This document shows positions 35,573 to 49,675 of a stretch of 64,000 nucleotides of DNA, one piece after another (the stretch's first letter is position 1; each line of letters opens with the position of its first letter). The notes under the pieces are model-generated. The model saw nothing but the letters and a program-made list of their open reading frames with translations, was not told where the DNA came from and ran no database searches. The DNA is taken from contig JBDOQK010000002.1 in NCBI GenBank assembly GCA_040437565.1, positions 1 through 64,000 on the forward strand, written 5' to 3'. The position numbers and the translations under genes are program-made. The DNA is from Albugo candida. Its lineage: Eukaryota.

Positions 35573-36750
35573 ATGAGCGATTTTGCAAAGGCAATGCCAT
35601 TACTAATCTTCAACATGGGATCCGAAATGCTGTACATTATCAGTGCACGACTCGAAGCGCAACGTATCCCTTCACAAAAGTGCGTCAAAGGTATGTACTC
35701 ACTCGGACACATACACTGCTACGACCATTTCGATAGTGTTGGAAGATCTCATTCGATCAATGCACAAAAAGCAATTCCGAGATGAGCTTTTCCAAACACG
35801 CAACGTGCCGAATTCTTTCGCTGTGCGTCAGCTGTTTGACCGCTTGGTGCATTCGTCGATTATGCGACTGAATGTCAGCAGTATGGACAAACTCTATGAT
35901 CTGATGCGCATGGGCTTCAAATACCAAATGCTACGCTGCTCATCGGCCGACGAATTGCTGCAAGTGACCGCAACGCATTTGGACGGTATTCAAAGACTTG
36001 TCGCTACCGCTGATGTCTGTGAATTGATCACTGAGACGAAAGCGCTCATGCTGCAGGTGCGCTTTGTATGCAATGTATCGACTCGTATCTGATTGACTGT
36101 GATAGACGTATACGCCTATGCGTCCAGCATCTCTCTTCGCAATAAAACAAGAATTGTGTCGATTCTTCCAAGATGTGCGTATCCGAGTATCCTTGCTTCT
36201 CGAAAAGGGACTTCAAAAGCCCGATGGGTCGATCGCGATATGCCTGGATCGCCCTGACGCCACGGGTAGTCTCCCCGCGGGCACCATCCAGTACTTTGAT
36301 GATGATGAAATGAAGCAGGATGGATTTTTTATGATCCCTAGGCACGTCGGGTTCTATACTCCAGATCAGCTCGGTACGAATATGTATGCGAAACCCAAAT
36401 CGGATTTCGATACGAGCGATAAAAAAGTGGTGACGTATGATACATTGCCGAGTCCCAAGCAGTACGATACCACCGCACTCGCTGGCATCAATTTGCTGGC
36501 TTCGCTGATTGGAGCTCCCATTGCATCTCCGGAAATGAAGCCATTTCGTGTCAGTTTGTTTGATGATTGTAAAGAGGAAGAGAAGATCGAGTCGGTACCG
36601 ACTGTGCGCATCGATGCACAGAGTATGAGTGCGGATTACAAGCAATCGACGTCGGAAATTGCACGTTGTTTTGATGCCAAAGCGACAAGTGACTCGAAAA
36701 GCACAGAAATGGACGATTTGATCAGTTTGATGGATTCCGTCTCCAAATAA
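35573..36750 (+). CDS. OSCP1: OSCP1 family protein, 3 exons (copy 1)
   Basis: MPLLIFNMGSEMLYIISARL, LFDRLVHSSIMRLNVSSMDKLYDLMRMGFKYQ, FFQDVRIRVSLLL and LGTNMY. Confidence 0.92.
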
Positions 36751-37033
36751 AGCGAAAAGAATGAGCATTTTCTATGTGATTTTTGTTGTGTTGAAGCACT
36801 TTATGCATTTGTATGCTGTGGCGCCCATCGGAATGCTAATGAGCGCGTTACACTCGCGACATCGGAGCACAGTGGCTATCGAATAGAGAAACAAGTCAGC
36901 CACCACTCCNNNNNNNNNNNNNNNNNNNNNNNNNNNNNNNNNNNNNNNNNNNNNNNNNNNNNNNNNNNNNNNNNNNNNNNNNNNNNNNNNNNNNNNNNNN
37001 NNNNNNNNNATACGTCTTTCCAAACTCTCACAA

Positions 37034-38211
37034 ATGAGCGATTTTGCAAAGGCAATGCCATTACTAATCTTCAACATGGGATCCGAAATGCTGTACATTA
37101 TCAGTGCACGACTCGAAGCGCAACGTATCCCTTCACAAAAGTGCGTCAAAGGTATGTACTCACTCGGACACATACACTGCTACGACCATTTCGATAGTGT
37201 TGGAAGATCTCATTCGATCAATGCACAAAAAGCAATTCCGAGATGAGCTTTTCCAAACACGCAACGTGCCGAATTCTTTCGCTGTGCGTCAGCTGTTTGA
37301 CCGCTTGGTGCATTCGTCGATTATGCGACTGAATGTCAGCAGTATGGACAAACTCTATGATCTGATGCGCATGGGCTTCAAATACCAAATGCTACGCTGC
37401 TCATCGGCCGACGAATTGCTGCAAGTGACCGCAACGCATTTGGACGGTATTCAAAGACTTGTCGCTACCGCTGATGTCTGTGAATTGATCACTGAGACGA
37501 AAGCGCTCATGCTGCAGGTGCGCTTTGTATGCAATGTATCGACTCGTATCTGATTGACTGTGATAGACGTATACGCCTATGCGTCCAGCATCTCTCTTCG
37601 CAATAAAACAAGAATTGTGTCGATTCTTCCAAGATGTGCGTATCCGAGTATCCTTGCTTCTCGAAAAGGGACTTCAAAAGCCCGATGGGTCGATCGCGAT
37701 ATGCCTGGATCGCCCTGACGCCACGGGTAGTCTCCCCGCGGGCACCATCCAGTACTTTGATGATGATGAAATGAAGCAGGATGGATTTTTTATGATCCCT
37801 AGGCACGTCGGGTTCTATACTCCAGATCAGCTCGGTACGAATATGTATGCGAAACCCAAATCGGATTTCGATACGAGCGATAAAAAAGTGGTGACGTATG
37901 ATACATTGCCGAGTCCCAAGCAGTACGATACCACCGCACTCGCTGGCATCAATTTGCTGGCTTCGCTGATTGGAGCTCCCATTGCATCTCCGGAAATGAA
38001 GCCATTTCGTGTCAGTTTGTTTGATGATTGTAAAGAGGAAGAGAAGATCGAGTCGGTACCGACTGTGCGCATCGATGCACAGAGTATGAGTGCGGATTAC
38101 AAGCAATCGACGTCGGAAATTGCACGTTGTTTTGATGCCAAAGCGACAAGTGACTCGAAAAGCACAGAAATGGACGATTTGATCAGTTTGATGGATTCCG
38201 TCTCCAAATAA
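37034..38211 (+). CDS. OSCP1: OSCP1 family protein (copy 2, identical translation; probably the same locus assembled twice)
   Basis: 35549-36909 recurs at 37010-38370 across a 100-N gap. Confidence 0.85.
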
Positions 38212-38232
38212 AGCGAAAAGAATGAGCATTTT

Positions 38233-41200
38233 CTATGTGATTTTTGTTGTGTTGAAGCACTTTATGCATTTGTATGCTGTGGCGCCCATCGGAATGCTAA
38301 TGAGCGCGTTACACTCGCGACATCGGAGCACAGTGGCTATCGATTAGAGAAACAAGTCAGCCACCACTCCAAGCAGAGGCGGAACACGTACTTATATCCG
38401 TTGTGCTCACTTGTGAGACTTGGTGACACGATGGACACCGCAGTGCAGTTGCACCGCTTCGGATGACTAATTGCTCGTTACAATGCGTGCATTCCATGAC
38501 TCTGATCTTTTTTGATTCCAAGGAAAAGTAGCTGGAAGCAAGGTCGCGTTCAGGAGCGGCACCGAGGGAATTGGACCGATCGAAATGAGATTTGTTGTGT
38601 AGGATTCTCGAACACGAGTTGCGAGACACAATGGATGGTTTCTCTGCATCGTGGTGATAGCTTGCAACAAAGCTTTCAATTGTGTTTCTTCGCGATGGAG
38701 TATGCGGCGTCGTGACTGGTCTTCTACTCGAGCGAACCAAAAAGTCTTTTTGTGGTTGTGCATTCAAGTCATTCCGATCTCCGGCCATGACGATCGTTTG
38801 CTGACAGTACAGACAGCGAGGGAGATCACCATCACGCCATTTGGGAATTGCATCCATTTCGATCGTGACCGCTTGTTGACAGTAGTAACATCGCGTTACA
38901 AAAGTCATTGGAGAAGCGTCTATTTCTCGAGTCGATTCTTCGATTGGGTAAGGCACTTTTCCGAGCAATCGAAGCACTTTGACGAGCACGCGATCATTCG
39001 ATGCTTTGTTCTGTTCCTTTATGTGCATCACAAGCAAATCCAAACGCTGGTCTTCCAGTAGTTTTCTTCGCAAGGAAGCGTGCACAAGAAGTTTGAGCAG
39101 TAAATTCCCAATCCAAATCCAAACTCGCGGGTCAATTCGTACCGAAATCATATTCAGCAGCCATTCAACGAGCCATTCTCGCTCTGTATCAGCTATCAAA
39201 TGTGGCCACAAACAATGTAGCAGCTCGAAAAGTGCTATTGAATCCATTTCATCGCTAATGCATCCGACCAGCAGTTGGAGCGCACGTATGACTTGTTCTG
39301 CTGTCTCTGACATATCATCTCTTTGCATTGCGTGCGGATGAGTCAACACGCTACACATCGTATCGCATGTGACGGTAAGCAGCTTTCCCAACTGTTCTTT
39401 GGTCCATTCTGTTTGATGCATTTCGACAATCTTTAAGACTCTTATTGTAGTGCCTCGAAGACATTTGAATCGCGTGACGCTGTGCTTTGACTCATCTCCA
39501 ATGAATGCGAGTTCGAGCACCGGAAGAGCGGATGTCATCAACTCGCAGTAAATCGTACTATCACATCCAACGTGACAGCTCTCGTCGTCACTTTTGAAAG
39601 CACAGAATGGCGCCATCCAATAGACAACGTCGTAAATACGCTGTTGTATTCGGAATTGTGATTTCTCAAATGAAAAGCTGTTACTTGCGCTCCAAAATGT
39701 GAACGCAAATGTAACGAGTCGGAAGAGCACATCGATCCATGCGATATCGCTTTGTGTCATTCCGTTCCGAGTTTCCATATTGCATAAAGTTTCGTCGGCG
39801 TTGACGCCAAGTGTGTCGCACAATTGGGACACAGACACGTGGATAGCGTTCAAACAAGTCGTATTTTCCCAAAGAACAGTTCCCAAATCGATTTCTTCTG
39901 TGGTCCAAGTGGAGATGACAGACAGCATTTCAATGGCTTCGAGTGCGATGAGATCTCCACCGTCTTCGTAATGCTTTTCAATTCCACACTTTACGATGAA
40001 AAGCAGCAAGTCGATACCTTCCGCGTGAATAAAGCCTCTCAGATCGACGATACACATCATCTTGAGCAATGCCAAGCCTTCCAAAACTTCATCATTGCCG
40101 ATCGCACTTTTCGTCTTCAGTAAGTGGATCACACACGGAGCAGTATCGATCTCAACAAGAGTGCGACATAGTCCAAGAGATTGTGTTTCCTGATGTAAGA
40201 ATCGGAGGATCGATACACTGATTCGATGCGGGGCTTTGGATGGATTCTCGGCTGTCGATTGGATCCATCGTAACAGCGTCCGCGACAACTCTTTCAATAG
40301 TGTGATCCCTCGAGCGCCTAATGTGACCATAACGTCTTCGATGTGCTGTAAACATTCACAAAGGAGTTCACAGCGCTTACAAATTGGAAGTATCACCGCA
40401 TTCAAATTGTTTCCGTCGTTGAGAGGAGTCGAGTCGGAAGCGCCAGAGATCTTCTTCCAATACATTGTGTTGAATTTCTGCACTTGCTCGACGACAGCAC
40501 TGACAAACAACTGAGCTTCCGACGTGTTCGATTCGATTGGAGAGCAAAACATTTCCTCAAAGAAAAACGCGCAACGTTTTGTATCGTGAAATCCATCGGA
40601 AAGGATATTGATAACCATTTGTTGTTGGCGTTCAGAGCCTTCACGGAGCCAATACAGAAACGATGAAGCGCTTTCTTTCGCTAATTGATGCATATGGTTT
40701 CCTTCTAATATCGATTTTGGCGTATCGTCCGTCCTGGGAAGAAGACTAAAGCTCACAAGTGTTGCAAGAGCGTGGAGACCTACACTGGATGTCTCGACAT
40801 CGACTTTATGGCTCGATAAAAGCCTAATGAGAGTCATAATCCAGTCACCCGGATAGGGACCGTTTGCTGCGACTAATGTCTCCATGATATTGAGCATTTG
40901 CTGTTTGCCTTCCGCCATCACACTCTGTAGAATCTCTGTCAATTTCCTTGTGGCCACAATTTCAACTTTCACATTGAGACCGCTCGAAAGTATCGCTACG
41001 AGTCGATTCACATTTCTGGAAAGAACGCAATGATTCCACAGAGGACACGCTGCAGAGTCTGATGCAGCGAGATTGATGATAATCGTCTCGGCAATTGTTC
41101 GCTGCTGAACGAGTGCTTTGGTGGTGCTTCCAGTGACCAGAGTATCGAGGATTTTAATCGGTACTAGATCGCCCATATCGTGAACGAGTTGACGAAACGC

Positions 41201-44200
41201 TGATGCTTGACGCGATAGAAACGCTAATATCTGACCCGAAGTATCGTTCAACGTCCATTTGTCTTTGGAATTGGCGTAAAATGTCACAATATGTCGTGAA
41301 GCATTGTGATCCGTCAAAAGAGCTCGTTGGAATGCATCGAAATGCGAAAACGATGCAATCGTATGCATTAAAAGTCGTATTCGTACCATTACATTGTCTT
41401 CTTCCTCGCGTTTTTTCGTTTCGATAAGAGTACAAAACACATCCAAAATTGCATGCGGAACATTGACACGTGACATGTACTCTGCAAACTCGCTGGCAGA
41501 TGTGGATTCCTGATCGTCTCTGGCCATATTCCCCAACGCCTCCAAGACCAGTAACACATCTTCCATCAAGAGATCGTCTGGAAGCAGCTCCAAGAGGATT
41601 TCCAAGAGCCCTGTCGGACACTTTGCGAGGCTTTTACGCGTGCTATCGGATGCAATGGCCAACGCCATACAATGACAACTCCATTCCGAGTAACTACTTA
41701 GCGTTCGTAGTAATCGTAAAAAGGTGCACAACAATTTGTATCGTTCGTCTGTTTTCTCTCCCAAAAGCCCCGACGCGATAATTTGCGCCAACACTGTGAT
41801 TAAATCGATGACTTGATGCTCCATTTTGGCTTTCAAAGCAAACGTCGCATTCACAAAAATACGTCCGAGAAGCTCGAGCAGTGCTTCACACCATACGTGA
41901 CACTTGGACACCTCGGAATTGGGCATTTCGGTATACGTCACATGCGTCAATGTGTTCCATAACGCAGTACAAATAGCCTGTAATATAGAGCCTTCCAGCA
42001 TGCGTTCCGTAAGCCGTTCTGTTCGCGCTCGTATTTTACTGTCGAGAGATGTGATGAACGCTCCATTCCACGGATCCAAGTCGTCCTCTGCGGTGATTGT
42101 CGCTTCCGGCAGCATTTTATCGATGCATTTCAATACAATCCATTGCGCTTGACTCTCTTCGGCATCGCTTGTGAATGTGATCGAAGGCGATGTCAGGAGA
42201 AAAGACGGAGCGAATTTGTTGGCTCTTGCGTCACGTAAATGAGGATTGCTCAGCGCACAAAGGATTTGCATCAGTGACACAAAACACGCTTGTTCTGTGA
42301 GATGATCGTAAATGTCGGTCACTGTCAGCGGTAAGCGTTCCACGAGATCGAGTACGAGCGTTAGGCATTGCATACGCACATCCGATTTCGTAGTGGTCAC
42401 AAGAAGATGAAAAATAGCTTGTAAGACCGACTGAGGCATTGATTTGTCGTTGGACGTGTCGTTGAGAGTGGAATGCAGCCAAGAGCGATAGAATTGTATG
42501 GCAATACGTTGCCGTGGAGTGTCATTTGTGGCCACAATCCAATTCTGAAAATAACAAAGCAAATCGCGTTCCTTTCTCGTCTCACCACACAACACGTTCC
42601 ATGCTTTCTCGCGAGTATTTGTATTCCTCAATACAGCTAACAGTGTTTCCGCAGAGAGTGTCCATACACTGCTGTGTTTCGACGATAAAAATGCGCTCAA
42701 TCCGTTCAAACATCCGCGAGATTCGGAAGTATTTTCACCGCAAAGAATGGAACTAAATCGATGATCGGATGCTTGTGCAAAGCCAAATACGATCCCAATC
42801 AAACTTTTATAGAATTCGATATGTTCTTTGGTCAAATCTCTCTCCTCGCTGATACATTTGTTGATAAATTGGAGCACGATGGTGAGTCCTCCTCGTTCTT
42901 CCATTACCGAAAGAAAGTCGAGCCATTTCGTACGCTCTTCGTCGCTGCGAATGAGTGAGACATCGGCAAAACTCGTGCAAAATCGACAGAGAATATCCGA
43001 TGCGACTTGAAAATCGGGAACGTTCTCATTTTGCGTCCCGCTTTGTAACAATTCGTCTAAATCGATCGGAACGCTTGCGGGAGCTGTAAATGTTTGCAAT
43101 TTCTCGAGAAGAAAGACCAATGAATCGTTTGATTTCTCTTCTGTCAGACAGCGCAGCATTTCGGCAGAATTAGCGAGCGCTTTGATGACTGGTAGTACTA
43201 AAGCACGAAGCTGTTTGTATCCGTTGAAAAGACTCCTTACCAAACTCTTGACAGCTGCTTCCGTGAGTTGGACCTTTACGACTTGGATCGTATCTCTTCC
43301 TTCCGGCTTTCCTGGTGTAGAATCCTGCCAAACCGGCAGTAGATCACCGACTGTCATCTTCTTACTGAGTGTTCCTCTTGCACAAGGATCGTCCGTGACA
43401 CACTCCATACATTGGAGACATTCGAAAAGCGCTTTCAATGTGATTTCCATCGCTCGTGTCAGAGGATTCACACGACTGATCTTTTTATCACGATTCGTAA
43501 CGTGGAAAAGCTCTTCCAACAAGTGGAAAAGCGCTTCTATGCCTTCAATAGACGCGAATTGTATCGCATTATCTCGATTGTTCTTGATATAAGCGCGTAC
43601 GCATTTCGCAGTGTCCACGCGAGAACCGAATCCTCGCGAGTCTTTATAGTCGTCTTCTCTGCCGAGCATATTTTTGAGCCAAAATCCGCAATTGGCCTGA
43701 CGCAAAGAGATTTGACAGTAGCGAAATTTACAGACGCGAAATATAAGTCGTAGCGTATTCCTTGCAATACTCTCATTCGCGTCATGGACAGAATGACTCA
43801 AAATGGTCACCAGCTGATCACATGTGCCGGCCGATGAAAACGCGCTTCCTACTTCGGTGTCATTTCCCGCAGTTATTTGTAATGTCATTAATTCTGTGAG
43901 CATTTCCAGCGTCTCTGAGAGCAGTGCTGCAATCTCTGTACTCTGATCTCTGATCCAATGATCCAGCACAGGAGATAGTAATTTGCAGAATGCCGCGACA
44001 CCGCCAGCAGCATCGATATCGTTCATTTCTGCGATATGATGTGCGCCCATTCCCGGTCCACTTTCCTCGCGATTTTGGCAAAAGGCTTGCGCCATAAGAC
44101 TCGTTAAATGCGTGCGCTAAAAACCGATTCAGAAAATGATCGAAATAGTGATTCGAGCTCACCTCTGTGATCGGAAGCGCAAGGACATTGCTGGGGTCAT

Positions 44201-45065
44201 TGCCTCGTTGGAGACATCGATACGTCCCGAGTATGGAGAAGAACTGACCTGCAGCGACATTGCGAGCACAACGAGGACATATCGCTTGCTGTCGATCCGA
44301 TTTGTGCGCAGCGTCATGAAGCATAAAAGTCGGATTGGAAAGCGTTGATGAAGGCAAACGGACTTTGGTCGAGAGACAATCGCTGCAATACACGCACCCG
44401 CAAAGACGACAGTGATGCTATCAATCGACACATAAGTCGCATTCCATTCGTAATACACCACAAAGCTTACTCGTCGACGTAAAACGCCAAATTTGGTGTT
44501 ACAATGACGACACAAACTGAGCTCTTCTTTCTCATTACAACAAGCGATAAACTGTAACGGAGTTCGAGTCGCTGCCTTCTCATTTCGTTTGAGTGTAAAG
44601 TCAAAAGTGTCCATTGAAATGTGATATTCCAATTCACATTTCTCATATTCCTCAAAAGGTGTTTCCGAGTCATTTAAAGAGCTTTTATTCTCCATTTCTG
44701 TCTCTTCCACGACGCATCCTTTCAAATTGGACGCTCGTAACTTTGATTCATCGTTTTCTCCGTTGCTCTCTTGCACTTGTTCGTGCGGCGTAAACACTCG
44801 AGGATCGAGCCAGGTTGTTATCCTTCTACTATGATCCACAAAGAAGACGCGACCTTGCTCATCACGAAGCGATTGCCATCCGTCTGGAAGCGGAACTTCA
44901 GTGGGAAGGTCCCAGCACGTCTTACATTGAAATGAGTGTCTAATCAGTGAGTAGAACGAATCAAACCTTCTTGGAAGCGCGATTCACGTAGAATACATTC
45001 CCATTAGTGTCACACACTTGCTCCCACGTCTGTAAATGATGCTCTGCGTCGCATTTTTGCGTCAT
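38233..45065 (-). CDS. Large multi-exon protein: 2 WW domains, FYVE finger, long helical (ARM/HEAT-like) region, C-terminal CxxC zinc fingers (LSD1-like)
   Basis: [85 protein letters not shown]...CPRC, a 1912-codon Leu-rich [29 protein letters not shown] and last exon [26 protein letters not shown]. Confidence 0.88.
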
Positions 45066-45362
45066 ATGAGACCACAAGTGAATTTGTATGAGAATTAAAT
45101 GTTTCTGCAGAACAGAAAATTAAACGCTCCATAATCCATTGGATCCCTTTTAATAGGTGCGACTGCTCTCTGCAGAAAACCATTTTTGGATGGAACGCAT
45201 CGTTTTTACGTATACAAAAATCAATAGACTTATTGTCACACTTTCGTAACGCGTCAGTGCTGTCGCGTGTCATCCGTTCATTTCGGCTTTTGCAGTGAAA
45301 GGAAGTCGCAACAGTGCGAGTGGACGAATGCGTTGCAAAGGATAGGAGGGTACAATTCTGAT

Positions 45363-46465
45363 TCAAAAATGCTGATTTAAAAAGTTCAGTGACGTCTCAA
45401 ACGCAACAAAAGTGATCGCGTTGGCTGGAAATGCTCGAATGAGTGTCGGGGAGATTCCTTGGTAGAAACGTTTGACGCCTTGTTCACGATACAGCTTCTC
45501 ACAGCAGTCGATGACACCTCGATATTTCGGATTCTGAAGTGTATCTGCTTGCATCACAGATTTGACAGTGTCGATAGGGAAGACAGCAAGCCAATATACG
45601 AGTCCTGCAATTCCACCGGCAGTTGCGATGGCGCCATATGTCTTGAAACGCTGGTCTTTCGAGTCAAAATCACTTGTTTGATGTTTTGATTGCATCGTAT
45701 ATAGTAATTCTGTGAGATACGTTTTTGAGCTTTCATACGCCACAAAGTACGCCGCATTTCCGAGCATCTCTTTCTTCGCCATTGGTAGCATTCCACGATA
45801 AAATCCTCTGAGTCCACTTTGTCGATACACAGCTTTCATGCATGCCACATTACTTGTCCTCTTACGCGTATGCGTGCACTGTGTCTGCATTCTGATTTTG
45901 ATCACCTCAAAAGGTGTGTACAGAAACGATTCTGTTAATCCTGTGCTCATTGCGGCAAACACCAATGAAAACCGCGGACGTTCACGAAAAAGTGTCTGTG
46001 TATCGAAATAATAGCGATATTGTCCCATCAATCCAAAGAGTACGGAAGCGCTTTAGAAAACAGTCATAAAGTGATTTGTCATTTGTGGCCAACAGCAACG
46101 AACCTGATTGCCGAGCGAATTATCTGAGGGAGAGCTCCACGGTACAGCGACGCGATTCCGCCGTCTCGAACGCTTTGCTGGACACAATCGATCATGCCAG
46201 AGTAGTATGGGAGCCCATTAGCGCGCCGTGGTTGCGTTTGCATTCGGGCTTTTACAGTCTCCAAAGGATATCCAGCGAGAGCTTCACAGCTGCCTGCGAT
46301 GATACCGCTTGCGAGGTTTTTTATTGTGAGTATCATTAATGAGGTATCGATAGGATTCTCCAGTGATGAGGTAGCCATGACCTGTCTGGAAGAAGCAAAT
46401 GCGTTGAATTGCTCGAGATCGAATGCATTTCCGCTACCGATTGACGGCGCAGCGCATTTTGACAT
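45363..46465 (-). CDS. Mitochondrial carrier (SLC25; carnitine/basic amino-acid carrier-like), 2 exons
   Basis: Three Px[DE]xxK signatures (PLETVKARMQ, PFEVIKIRMQ, PIDTVKSVMQ) and RAFPANA. Confidence 0.93.
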
Positions 46466-46703
46466 ATTGTGTGATTTTTAGCCAATCGTATGCAAGGCTA
46501 CGTATAATTCTTTCATTTGTAATGCAATCGCTAAGCTGAGAGATCTGAACACAGGGGGATATGAGTATGTGGAAGAGACACATGTATCGTGGAGTGGAAA
46601 GTGTGTCCTGAGGTCATAGAGCTCCTTTTTGAATGCATTAGTGAATGTATCAGTTAAATGGTAGATACTCATATCATATAACTTAAGCTACCTATCGATT
46701 CCA

Positions 46704-49427
46704 ATGGAACGGAAGACAGCGACGCCCATGCGCATTGTATCGCGAAAAAAGAAGCGGAAACAGCTCCGAAATGAGAAAAAGCAATTGCATCACGTTAAAA
46801 GACAAAGGATGCATACTTGTACAATTCCTTCAGGTATAAATGTAAGTAAAAAGAGCGATAAAGCCGCATCAAATTCACAACACGAAAAGAACACGTCGAA
46901 ATGTGCATCAAATCGGCACTTCCATTCTGAACGTACGTCCAATGAGGACGCTGAAATAGAGACACTCGAGAAAAAGCTCGGTATAGCTTCGTCTGCGGAC
47001 AGTAAGAAGACGCGTGCTAATTTCAAAAGACTGCAAAGGTGAGTCGTTAGCGTTTGTATCAGTTGCTTTCTTCTTATCGATCGGAATTGTGCGAATGATC
47101 AGTGAATATGCAAAAGATGGCTTGGGTGAGGATTTTGCGACGTTTTTGCAAGAAATCGATCATCTTTCCGAGTACATATATTCGCTTTGACAATTGATAT
47201 ATTTCTCACATTTCAGCGTGCAACAGAGTCGTAAAAGATAGCAAAAGCTCAAATGCACGTAAGATTACGAGTATGGAATCAGATGCTTTGAAGATGGACG
47301 AAGCGACACGAAAAGAGCTCGAAATGTTGCAGGAAGAAGATGCAGAGTTTTTGAACGGCATTGACGACTTACCAACCGATGAAGAAAGTGAATCGGAATC
47401 GGAAAGTATCAACGACGAAGTCTCTGATTCTGATTCAGATGACATGGAACGCGCAAAAGTAATGGAAAATACCGCACGAAATCAACGTTTGGGTCAGAGT
47501 CGCTGCACAAAAGAGATAATCACACAAACGTCAACCCGAGATGATGATGAAAAATGCGATGAAGCACCAGTTGATTTGAAAGACGAAGTGAGACTACAGG
47601 AAGACATTTATGGACGAGTTGTTATCAAATCGATTGACAGAGGCCAAAAAGATGGGAATGCATACCTTGCGCCTCACTTGCGACGAGAAAAGAGCTCAAC
47701 TGATGATAATGCTAAAAATCGGGAGCTCATACGGAAAATAAATGGGCAATTGAACCGAATTTCCGAGTCAAATTTAGAGTAAGTGAGTCTCAAAGGCATC
47801 CAACATCGCACTCATTGTCTGTCGACATAGATCCATTTGTATGGAATTCGAAAAGTTGTATCGGTCTCATCCACGCTCCATTGTGAATCAAATTTTACTG
47901 GAGCGTATTCTTGCAATGTGCTGTCATGAACACCAGGAAATGCTTCCGCTGATAAAAGTCTGTACAGCGCTCATCGCTGGATTATACCACACGATTGGTA
48001 CAGAGATCGGAGGCTTTGTCATGGAAACAATCATTCTCAAGCTCCACAAATTCGTCACTGCAAAATCAACTTCAGACAATGCAAAAGTTGCAATGAACAA
48101 AGTGCCTGTGAATCTGATGCTTCATATCACGATGCTGTACAATTTAGGCGTCTTGAGCTCAAAACTGATTTACGATATGTTTCGACATTTTCTGGAACGA
48201 TTTGGTGACTTGGAAATTGAATTGATATTCCACCTGCTTAAAACATGCGCGCAGCATTTGCGATTGGACGATCACGATGCATTAAAAAATATGGTGGAAG
48301 CTGTTCAAGAAAAGTCTGTGACGCACTTGGCCGCTTCAATAAGTCCTCTTACCGCAAAATCGGATCAGGAGGAGCATCAACGTATTCCGTTTTTACTTGA
48401 TCTCATATCAGAACTCTGCAAAACTTGTCGTCGCTCTCAAAAAGGTCGAGTCAATGTGGATCTTGATCTTGGGTCCTTACGAAAATGTCTTGGTCGTATC
48501 AAATCAAGAGCAGGATCAAATCAACCACCGCTATGTGTGGGTCTTGATCAGCTTCTTACCGCGGACCAAAATGGACGCTGGTGGATAATTGGTGGAACAT
48601 TTGCAGGTCATCAGCGACCCAATAACGCGACTGATTCCATGCCAGACGAAATGGATCATTTGTGGAAACTCGCTGAAAAACATCGAATGAATACCCAAGT
48701 CCGAAAACAGATTTTCGTCGCCATAATGGGAGCGAGTGATTGCTTGGATGCTGTCGAGCGACTTTTAAGACTTGGATTGAAATCAAAACAAGAGCGTGAG
48801 ATCGTTCGCGTGATTCTTCATTGTTGTGGCCAAGAAAAAGACTTTAACCCGTATTACGTGACACTTGGAGTCAAATTATGTGAAAGGGATCCGAGTTATA
48901 AATTCAGCTTTCAACTGGCGTTCTGGGACCAGTTCAAACAGTTTCATGATGCTTCCAACGCAAAGCCGAGAAGATTGTTCAATCTTGCTTCTTTGTTGGC
49001 CGGCCTCCTCACAGCTCGAATCGATACTACTGACGGCCGTACCGACCAAAAGAGGATAGAGATTGGTTGTCTGTCGCTTTCCTGTTTGAAAGTGATCGAT
49101 TTCACACAGCTTGGAGACTCCCATATATACTTTCTACAGACACTTTTCTTCAAAATTCTGACGACTTCGTGTGCGATGTACAAATTGGACGAAGAAGATG
49201 TGGTTCAAGTATTTGGTCGATTGCTGCAGTCCAAGAAAGCCCAAGCCACTATCGATGGTATTCTTATTTTCGCACATCAGTATTTCAATGCGACTTTTTA
49301 TGAGTTGGAAAAGCACGTTGTCGCCAGACAAAAGCTCAAAGAATCGTCTCGATTTGTGAAACAATTGCTCGATCGACTTTCAAAGACTGCTGCGAACAAC
49401 GCGATTCGTGAACAGTATAAGCGATAA
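46704..49427 (+). CDS. NOM1: Nucleolar MIF4G/MA3 protein NOM1/Sgd1, multi-exon
   Basis: EDIYGR, YLAPHLR, GQLNRISESNLE, GRWWIIG, RMNTQVRKQIFVAIMGASD and EREIVRVILHCCGQEKDFNPYY. Confidence 0.93.
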
Positions 49428-49675
49428 GAGCCTGTAGCGTGCGGGAGCAAGTTGTGCTTTTGTATTGGTTTCAGTATGCTTCAAAGTGTAATTTTTGTTG
49501 CAATAAATCTCATTATAGTATGCCCAAATGGAAGGAATGATTGTAGCAAGTGCACCAAGTGGTTTAGTGTGATAGTAACACTACAAATTAGGTAACTTGA
49601 GTAAGTGTACTTGAAAGTCAACATTCTGTAATACCGTCGGTATCAGAGTAATACCGATTTCCAGTCACCTTGGAG

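Noticed and set aside
36046..36768. 240-aa antisense ORF, and similar shadow ORFs opposite long genes
   Set aside because: It lies opposite the OSCP1 coding exon with no recognisable motifs; such shadow frames are expected.
35549..38370. Apparent tandem duplication of OSCP1 (1361 bp)
   Set aside because: The copies are essentially identical (one difference noticed near the contig end) and separated exactly by a 100-N gap, which indicates an unmerged contig overlap.
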